Source: Stegostoma tigrinum (lineage: Eukaryota). Taken from it: DNA of 64,000 nucleotides. Under the pieces are notes generated by a model. It was not told where the DNA came from. It searched no databases and saw nothing but the letters and a program-made list of their open reading frames with translations. The translations under genes were made by a program, and so were the position numbers. The first letter of the stretch is position 1; each line of letters starts with the position of its first letter. Location of the stretch: positions 1,736,001 to 1,800,000 of the forward strand of contig NC_081402.1 of the NCBI RefSeq assembly GCF_030684315.1, in the 5' to 3' direction. This document shows, in pieces, positions 45,481 to 64,000 of the stretch.

Positions 45481-46610
45481 GCAAGGAGTCACACCACTGG
45501 CAAGAAGTCTGTACCAGCCATTATTATAGCACAGACTGGTTTCCTGTGCTGAGCAGATGACAGATGATGGATAAAAATATGAAGATCAACTCTTGGCAAT
45601 AAGAATGAATGTGACAGGGACAACATTAATTTTAACATCCACAAACAATATGCCAAAAAACAAGATTCAGGATAGAAAATTAACCCGAACAATGAAGGGA
45701 GCTAGCACCTTACTGGAGAGTACCATGACACTGCATAAATCTATGAACGTTTACCTCAACGATAACAGATGTTCCTGGTACAAAAGGAACACCAAAGGTT
45801 AAAACCATTGAGGGAAAAAAAAACAGCTATGTGGGATGCCTACAGTCATACATGAATCACATCCTCTGGAACGTTTTATCTACTGACTGGTGGATAAATA
45901 GTTGAGAATGTTTCCATTGCATGAACTTCTGATGTAATGGGGGAAAGAATGTTGTGTATTTGTGTAATTATGGTGGACTGTCACTTTGAGTCCTGCCATT
46001 TGAAGCATTAATCCCACTTTGTGTGGGCAATCAACATTTCCTACCCCTGATGCCTACACAGAGTGAACACATCGATAATAAGATTTTGGCTGTTTAACGC
46101 GTCAGCGTCTTGGAACATTGGGAGCTGGAGGTCCAGCAGGGAAGCTATCGAATGGAACCCAGGGACAAACCATCAAGAGAAGGAGGGAAATAATGCAGGA
46201 GAATTAGAGAGTCGAAGATCCATGAAGGGAATCGTGGAGAGAGAAAACAGGGAGAAAGAGAAAGGGGAAGTCATGACGAATGACCATTTTGTGATATCTA
46301 AAAGATTCCTAGGATCTGCTCAATGGAAAATCTGTTCCAAAGTCAGTAACCTGTAGGGATTATGAACTTCCATTTTAAGTTCAGTCATTTTGTCAATTCA
46401 AATTCTTTCAGCTAGATTTTGAAACATTTTCCAATGTGATCTTTTGAACAGAGACAATTCAGATCAAATCTCAAATAGCATTTATTTCCTTAGTTATGAT
46501 CAACAACATTTTTGAACTGAAGTTAAAAGTTTTGACTCTACATGAATAAGTCAGTTTGAGACTTTTTGGAAATTTAGTTAAACCATTTAAATATTCTAAA
46601 TTAATAAATC

Positions 46611-51878
<5,268 letters not shown>

Positions 51879-51938
51879 AATGTCTTTATATTGCCGCAGC
51901 TCCTCTCGAACTGTTGCGCATCTTTTGACGCCCGCGCC

Positions 51939-52094
51939 ATTTATACCGCATGGCCTTTGACCAATTCGAGCTTTGATTGGTCGCTGAGAACAATGCGCTC
52001 TTGTTGCTTTGACACTCGTCAACAAAGGCGTGACTCTACACTGCGCTGATTGGTTACTTTGTGAAAGAGGCGGGGTCGAGTCGTCACAATTGAT
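51939..52094 (-). promoter_or_regulatory. Core promoter of tubulin copy 3
   Basis: TATAAAT 51939-51945, CCAAT 51976-51980 and 52049-52053, GC box near 52067-52075. Confidence 0.75.
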
Positions 52095-54264
52095 GCTGGG
52101 AGGAGTCCAAGGCAGGAAGCAAAGGCGGGGTTTGTCGCTCAGCCACTGGTTCAATGGGACGAACAAGCAGAGTTTCGCCTCGCAGAGACAGTCCTTAAGG
52201 GCCCATTTGTGGTATTCATCAGTCCGAGCCCCTTCTTCAGATCATCACCAGTCAGTTCCCTAGCTCAGTCAGTGTCATCATTCAGATCCCATTCATAAGA
52301 GACTCATCAGTCAAAATCCCTGGACAGTGACAGTCCCATCAGTCAGAATCCATTCATCAGAATTCTTTCATTCAGATTCCTTCAGCCACAAGAATCTCCT
52401 CTGTTACCTTCCTCAAAGACCTGATTGATGATCCTGCAAGAGAGCCAATATGATAGGGAGCAGGGTTTTAGAGCCGTATTTTTCAAAGGCAGCCTATAAG
52501 ACTTTTTACTGTCTCTTGTAAATATTTTGCACATGCCAGAGCCTCTAAAATGGCTCTTTTTAATGCATATACTGCGGGGAAAGCTGACACTCTGCCCCCA
52601 TCAAACTATAGGCCATTAAACTTGGAAACACCTCTACTTTGTTTCCATCTGTCAGACTCCCAAATATTAGTCATACTTGTACTGTTAACTTCAGACTTCT
52701 TTTGTTTGGATTCATTCATGGGATGTGTGTCTCACTGGCTGGGCCAGTACTTGTTGCCCATCCCCAGTTGATCTGGAGAAGGAGGTGGTAAACTGCCTTC
52801 TTGAGCCGTTGCTGTCCATGTGCTGTAGGTAGATCCACAATGTCATTAGGGAGAGGTTCCAAGATTTTGAATCAGCAGCAATAAAAGAATGGCAACATAT
52901 TTGCAAATCAGGATGATTTGTGGCTTGGAGGGGAATTTGCATGTGGTCGTGATCCCATGAATGTGCTCTCCTTGTCCTTCCTTTGAGTTAATATTATCAC
53001 AACAACGATCACAAAGGTTCTGGGGATTACTATCTCTTCAACTATCTTCATCAGATTTATTTCCGAATGGTTACTATCTGCAAACCCAACCTGTTGAATG
53101 TCATCCATTAGATTTCTACTTATAAAATGGCTATTGATCGGCTCACAATCTATCAGAAACTCTGAGTGTCATGATTTATAAATGTTTTTCCAAGATTCTT
53201 GTTCTTGTACTTTATGGAACCAAAAATATTAGGAAGCTGAAAAGATATTGGCAAATGATAATCATTGAAATGGTGGGACCTGTCAGATTTCCATTAGGAC
53301 CAACTGCACCATGAGCTGGGAACATAGAACATAGAACATTGAAAATTACAGCACAGTACAGGCCCTTCGGCCATCGATGTTGTGCTGGCCTGTCGTTCCG
53401 ATCTCAAGCCCATAAAGTGGGTTCAGAGGGAAGTGAACCTTTTGTGTTCAATCTACTTCTCAATCTGACACCTATCTTTGGCACATCTTTAAAGTCAAAA
53501 CTTGTACTTCTTCTACCATCCTTGGAACTATGGATTTGTATGCTTTACCCTTTCCTTTTAAGGGAATATGCTCTGATTGTACCTGAGCCATTCTTCTTTG
53601 AAGGAAGCATGTTATTTGCCTATAATTGTTCTTGTCAACCTTTGATTCCAATTCACTCAACCTAGATCTTTTCTTGCTTCATTGAAGTTGGCTCTCTCTC
53701 AGCTAATTATTCATTGTTCTATTAATTGTCCTTTTCTATTGATACACTAAACCTTATGAGACAATGATCACTGTTTCTCAAATGTTCTCCCACTTGCTAC
53801 TCCTTGACCTACTTTTGTCCATCTTATTGCCAAGAGCCAGGTCTAGCATTACCTCTTTTCTTCTTGAACTGGATTTGAGTTCAGATGAAGAGATGTCTTA
53901 TTGCAGTTATACAGACCCTTGATGAGACTACCGCTGGAGGATTATTGGCAGTTTTGGCTTCCCTACTTAAGGCAGGATATACTTGCTTCAAAGGGAGTGC
54001 AGCAGAGTTTACTATCAGAGCTGCTATCAGAGATGGCAAAATTGTCCTATGGGAAGAGGTTGATTTGATTTTATTCATGGGATGTAGGCATCTCTGGCTG
54101 GGTCAGCATTTATTGCCCATCCCCGATTGCCTGGAGGGGATGGTAACAGTCAACCACATTGCTATGGATCTGAAACCAGATTGGTTTTTACAACAATTAA
54201 TAGTGTTTATACAGTCACTATTGGGATAGCTTCTTCTAAATTCCAGAAATTTTTATTGCTGTAG

Positions 54265-54460
54265 AGACAGTAGGAACTGCCGATGCTGGAGAATCTGAAA
54301 TAACACTGTGTAGAGCTGAATGAACACGGCAGGCCAAGCAGCATCAGAGGAGCAGGAAAGTTTGACATTTTGGGTCAAGATCCTTCCTCAGTCAAACTTT
54401 CCTGCTCCTCTGATGCTGCTTGGCCGGCTGTGTCCATCCAGCTTAACACCGTGTTATCTT
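54265..54460. mobile_element. Inverted (hairpin) pair of Penelope terminal-repeat fragments
   Basis: ggccaagcagcatcagaggagcaggaaagtttgac ... gtcaaactttcctgctcctctgatgctgcttggcc. Confidence 0.75.
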
Positions 54461-55550
54461 ATTTTTATTGCTATGTTTGGGGTTCAAATTGGAAGATTAA
54501 TTTGGAGTTCTGGAGTACTAGTCCAGGGCCTATATTCACTAGACATTAAAAGGACGTCAGGGGATATGATTGCAATGTATAAAATTCTAACATGGTTGGA
54601 CAGAACAGGTGCAGAAAGGAAACTTTGCTTGATTGGTAAGTCTAGAACCAAGGGTCACAGTCTCAGGGTAAACTATATAGGGCTGAGAGGAGGAAATATT
54701 AAATTAAAGGGTACAGAACCTGTGGAATTCTCAATCGCAGAAGGCTGTAGAAGCCAAGTCATCGAATATATTCTAAAAAGGGTTGTTTCAGGTATTAAAG
54801 ACATCATGGGGTATGGAGAGAAAGCTGAAATGTCATTAAAATAGAGGATCAGCCATGGTCATATTAAATACTGGAGCAGGCTTGAGGGTGAATTGGTCTA
54901 TTCCTGCTGCTAATGTTTATGTTTTTATACTGCTGCAGAAAGTTTTCAACATCCCTGATGAACATTTTCCCATCACTGCCCATGACACTACAACTAGTCC
55001 AGCATACATTTAGATAATCAAAGGCACCCATTGTAACTGCCCTATAGCTTTTGCACTCATGTATGAATTTCTTGCAAGCATCTTCCTCTACATCCATTGC
55101 ACTAGCTCGTGGTCTAAAGACTACACTCAGTAAGTATGTCAGTAATGTAAGTTTGCCTTTTGTTTTGTTCATTTGCACCAGCCGAATATATTATGTCCTT
55201 GTTCCCATTGTGACATCCTTTTTCTCTAAATCTTTCCTTTGAGTTTTGCGGAAGGGTTACTGGACCCAAAATGTTAACTCTGATTTCTCTTCACAGATGG
55301 TGCCAGACTTGCCAAGCTTTTCCAGCAATTTCTGTTTTTGTCTCTTTCTCTGACAGTGAAATGTTTTCCGCAGCCAGTACCACCACCCATCCTCCTTTCC
55401 TTATCCTTCCTAAACAGGTTGTTCTCAAGAATATTTAATACCCATTCTTTGAGCCAAGTCTCTGTTGTCGCCATAATATAGTCACATATCAATCTATACC
55501 TGTAGCACACAAATGCTATTTGTCATGCATGCACAGAAACCCTGATTTAA

Positions 55551-55686
55551 GCTCTCTGATGAAGGGTCTAGGCCCGAAACGTCAGCTTTTGTGCTCCTGA
55601 GATGCTGCTTGGCCTGCTGTGTTCATCCAGCCTCACATTTTGTTATCTTGGAACTCTCCAGCATCTGCAGTTCCCATTATCTCTGA
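55551..55686 (+). mobile_element. Solo Penelope terminal repeat (family A) with intact hammerhead core and 9-bp target duplication
   Basis: CTGATGA 55556-55562, GGG/CCC stem, GAAACGTC 55576-55583; CTGATTTAA at 55542-55550 and 55683-55691. Confidence 0.85.
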
Positions 55687-56176
55687 TTTAAACTTCATGA
55701 CTTTCTCCTTTAGTCAGGCACTGGTCTTCATAGGGTTTGGAACACAGTGGGGACATTTGATGGTGATAGTGGATAGCTGGAGATTGGTGTTATAGTTTTT
55801 TTTTCCAAATGCTAGCCCTTTGACGAGGGCTTAGGTCGCAAGAACAAGTGTACAAGGGTGCTCTTCTGATGGACTGCCTGTGGTAGATGTGCTTCTGGTC
55901 CAGAAGGGGCTGCCTCAGATGAGACAGCACAGAGTGGAGCTGGAGGCAACACAGCAGGCCAGGCAACATCAGAGGAGGAGGAGAGTTGATGCTTTGGGTG
56001 GGAGACCCTTTTTCAGAAAGTGTTCCTCTAGCTCCACTCTGTGACTGAGCGGAGGAATCTGACTAATGAGGCTCTGACTGATGAGCCCCTGATGCCTGTC
56101 TCTTTGCCAGAGGAACTGCAAGGCAAGCCCGGCCTTCCTTTCAGCTTTGGGCCCCTCCCAACATCAATTGTGACGA

Positions 56177-56324
56177 GATAACAAAATGTGAGGCTGGATG
56201 AACACAGCAGGCCAAGCAGCATCTCAGGAGCACAAAAGCTGACGTTTCGGGCCTAGACCCTTCAAACAGACTCACATTTTGTTATCTTGGAATTCTCCAA
56301 CACCTGCAGTTCCCATTATCTCTG
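56177..56324. mobile_element. Penelope terminal-repeat insertion (inverted + direct pieces) with 14-bp TSD in copy 4 promoter
   Basis: ATCAATTGTGACGA at 56163-56176 and 56325-56338; single copy at the paralogous site 52081-52094. Confidence 0.85.
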
Positions 56325-56341
56325 ATCAATTGTGACGACTC

Positions 56342-56480
56342 GGCCCCGCCTCTTCCACAAAGCAGCCAATCAGCGCTGTGTAGTGTCGCTCCTTTGTTGA
56401 CGTGTGTCCAAGCAACAAAAGCCCATTGTTCTCAGCGGCCAATCAAAGCTCGAACTTGCCAAAGGCCACGCGGTATAAAT
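56342..56480 (+). promoter_or_regulatory. Core promoter of tubulin copy 4
   Basis: GC box 56342-56350, CCAAT 56366-56370 and 56439-56443, TATAAAT 56474-56480. Confidence 0.75.
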
Positions 56481-56540
56481 GGCACGGGCGTCAAAAGATG
56501 CGCAGCAGATCGAGTGGAGCCGCGGCAATAGAAAGGCATT

Positions 56541-60640
<4,100 letters not shown>

Positions 60641-61199
60641 GATTTATTAATTTAGAATGATAACAAGATTTAACTAAATTTCCTGATGTTATAAAGGTGG
60701 GGTTCTCAAGCTTAACTTAATTTTGCATGCACATTATAGATTATAATAAAGAAAACACATGGATTTGGAAATCGTTTTGCAATGTAGTTTGTTTACAAGA
60801 CAACAGAGGATGGGAAACATCATTTGGATGACACCTTTCATAACACACAGGTTTCAGGTTGTAGCCACTTTTGCAGAAACAGCAACACACTCATCAAACA
60901 ATCTGAAACAATAAATTGATAATCGTCAGATCCTTGGTTATTTTTGTTTTGTGATCTGGATTCAAGGGATTAATTTTCACCAGGATGCTGTGGAAATACC
61001 CTTCTGTTCTTGAAGTGCTGTGGAATCTTTTGTATTCACTATTAAAGCAGAAGAGCAATTGAAAGTTGCTAGCCAGGCAGGAAAGAAAAGTTGATCGCCA
61101 ATCACATCAGCCATCGTCTTAAGCAAGTAGACAGTATCCTGGGCTTTATTAATATGGGCAAAGAGTTTTTTGAACTTGCATGAAATTAAATAAAACAAC

Positions 61200-61400
61200 T
61201 GAAGATGCTTGATTTCTGAAACAAATAAAAAGCAAATTGCTGGAGGAACTCCTCAGCTGTAGTGAGGAAAAGTGTTAATGTTTCAAGTCCAGTGACCCTC
61301 CTTCAGAACTGAAGGGTCAATGGACTTGAAATGTTGAAACTGTTTTTTTTTCTTTCCACAAATGCTGCCAGCTGAGCTTCTCCACTAATTTCTGTCGCTG
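61200..61400. mobile_element. Inverted pair of decayed Penelope ends (family C)
   Basis: tttcaagtccagtgaccctccttcag-aa-ctgaagggtcaatggacttgaaa hairpin. Confidence 0.6.
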
Positions 61401-62294
61401 AGTTCATTCAGCCTCAGCTGGGGTATTACATTCCAGTGCTAGTCACTATACCCCAGGAAGGGATGGAGAACTTCACATACAGAGATAGGCTAGGAAAAAC
61501 TAGGGCTCCTTTCCTTGGAGAAGAGAAGGCTGAGAGGAGAGTTTCTTTTGGATGGATTCAAAGTCACAAGGGACATAGGCAGTGGGGTTGGGGGGAGGAG
61601 ATCTGTTCCCATTAGTGGATGGATTGAGAAATAAGTGCAGATATGAAATCATTGGCAAAAGTTAGGTCCAACTGCAAAGGAAATTAGACTGGTCTCTGCA
61701 AAGGAAGAATATACAGGGTTATGGGGGGAAAATGTGGTGGAAAGACATTAAATGAAATGTTCATTGTAAAGAACACCTGAAAATCTTCTGCCAGTATCTA
61801 GTAAACAGGTAATAAGTGGTAAGTAGGACCTATTGTAAAAGAAGAAGTCAATTTTTATATCCAAGAGAGTAGTCTACAATACTTTGAATACTTGGTATGT
61901 GTTTACTGTAAATATAGATAGAAGAAGAGTGGCAGAATTTGTGTTGGAGTGGAAATTGATACGGTGTAGTGAAAAGGCTGGCTACGATTATACTGGAGAA
62001 GCTGTCTGGTCCACAGAGCTTGCATCTCAGGTTGGTAGACAAAACGGGGTTGGGGTTAGGTGGGGAGATGGTGCCATGATCTTCCAAACATCCCTAGCCA
62101 GACGATAAATCAAGTCTTAATATCACTGGACTCCTGAAACCAGGACGATGTTTTGCGGATGTGAGCTTGAATCCCATTGTGGCAGATGCTAAAATTTGAA
62201 TTCAGTAAAATTGTAAAGAGAGAGGTGGCTTTATGGCAACGATGTAACCACTGCTGATGGTGGTAAAAAGCCATCTAGTTCACCATTGTCACCT

Positions 62295-62445
62295 TCTGAG
62301 GAAGGGTCACTGGACCCAAAATGTTAACTCTATTTTCCTTAACTCTATTTTCCTTCACAGATGTTACCAGACCCACTGAGTTTTTCCAGCAATTTTGTGT
62401 TCGTTCCTGATTTACAGCATCCACAGTACTATTGGTTTTTATTTT
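62295..62445 (+). mobile_element. Decayed Penelope end (family C) with hammerhead relic
   Basis: CTGAGGA-A-GGGTC-actg-GACCC-AAAATGTT (CpG-decayed GAAACGTT); internal 15-bp tandem duplication. Confidence 0.6.
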
Positions 62446-64000
62446 GTAATTAACTGTAATGTGTAATCTAATGTCCTGGTATATCCGTACATGCATTATC
62501 ATCATTGAATAAAGTAATCAACTTGATTTTAAAAAATGTGGCAGAAATTTCCACCCAAAGATGAGATGCAGCATCAGCAGTGCTTTAGCATTGGCTTATA
62601 TGTGTGCTAAACAACAGAAGCAGCATGCAATATAGTAAGGTTGTGAGGTACTAACATATCCAGGTGTGAATAGTGTGGACAATTAAACGACAAGCTAAAG
62701 GAGGAGGATCATCCATATCCTCAGTAAAATTAGGTAACCTAGTTCATCAGTGGAAAGAATAAAGCTGAATGATCTGAAACCAACTTCTATCAGTCTAACA
62801 ACTTGATCCATCCAGAGATATCCTCCGATGAACAACTTCATAGATGCCTCCCTTCAATTCATTTGATAGTTAGGAAGCGTTCGCATAGCACACTGGATGC
62901 ACAGGGGTGGGCAATGAATGCTGACCTTAGCAGCATTGCTCAAATCATGAAAATAAAGCTTTTAAGAGCTATATGAAGGAGCAGTATATACTTAGAGAAC
63001 AGATGGATCTTTCTGTGACCCAAACATGAGTTTAGAGTGGCATGCTGCCTTCATGGTTTCAGGGTCATTGATGCCAGGGAGCAAATGCACAGCACTCTGA
63101 GGGAGGAAGAATCAACTGTCAGCATCTGAGGTCCTCATCAGTAACAGTGAAGGTTTTCAGGCAGATTTTCAGGAACTAGGAAGACGAATAGCATGCAAGA
63201 CCACAAAGTTAGTAATCTCTCTTAAACAGGAATACAGAGTATATTAAAACATTGGTGGAGCGATGGTATGGGGTTCAAATGGATGGGCTTTGGATTCCTG
63301 GGTAGTTTGGATGGAATGCGCTTCAACTGGGCAAATCTTCATGTGGTGCAGTTTGCTAATTCTATTGGGAAAAGAGTGTAAAATTGCAAAAGAATGTTGC
63401 ATGAAAAAGGAAAAGAGCAAGCAATAGCATGCGTGTACTGGAGTACTGAGTGCAGCACTGGTCATCTCCTAGAGGAAGGATATGATTACACTGGAGGATT
63501 TGCAGAAGGGATTCACCTATGATGGACCATTTCAACTGTGAAGAGAGGGTAAACTTAGGTTTTCTTTAGAGCAGAGGTTGAGGGGGACCTGGTCAAGGTG
63601 CATAAAATTCCAAGTGTTAGCAGGATTAGTGTAGTTAGGTCAGCGCAAACTTGATGGCCTGCTGCGTATATATACAAAAAGGAAGTGTGTAAGAATTAGT
63701 AAGGTATGAGTTAGGGTCAGAATAAGAAGAAATGCAAGTATAAGTTAAGATTACAACATAGAACAGTACAGCACAGTACAGGATGTTGTGCTGGCCTAAT
63801 ATCCTACTGGGATCAATCTACCCTGCATATCCTAATAGAACAAATGCAGCTGCAGGCACAGAAAATCAAATGGGAGTACAATTTCACATCACTAACAGAG
63901 TGCTGTCTCATAAAGGTTAGTTCTGGGTACAAAATATCTTGGACAAAATATGTAAGAAAGATAAGGGGAGGACTGAAAGAAGTATGGATAATTGTATTGG

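Noticed and set aside
52230-52390. Degenerate ATCAGTCAGAATCC-like tandem motifs upstream of copy 3
   Set aside because: Low-complexity decayed repeat, not shared by the copy 4 promoter.
54320-54844. 174-aa ORF between the divergent promoters (also 41590-42129, 48906-49394)
   Set aside because: Chance frames through Penelope-end and CR1 fragments.

Overview
Vertebrate genomic DNA, most likely a shark (HE1-type tRNA-derived SINEs, abundant CR1 LINEs and Penelope-like elements; taxon is inferred). It contains (i) the last coding exon and 3' UTR of a MiT/TFE-family bHLH-ZIP gene (1047-1448, +) and (ii) a cluster of four intact 5-exon alpha-tubulin genes: three on the minus strand (24241-27817, 37108-40375, 46611-51878) and one on the plus strand (56541-60640), the last two head-to-head. 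The tubulins form two subtypes of a clearly divergent isotype with a remodelled helix H11, extra cysteines, and a basic, Tyr-less C-terminal tail. The intergenic DNA is dense in retroelements, including a 5'-truncated but open Neptune-type Penelope element (RT + GIY-YIG). The most striking non-coding signal is a dispersed set of about 15 short Penelope terminal fragments from about four families that carry minimal hammerhead-ribozyme cores. Several have target-site duplications, and two have empty sites preserved in paralogous tubulin flanks. Also seen: a perfect 66-bp inverted templated insertion, gene-conversion signatures, and an orphan copy of the tubulin 3' flank. Repeat boundaries are approximate and were judged by eye.
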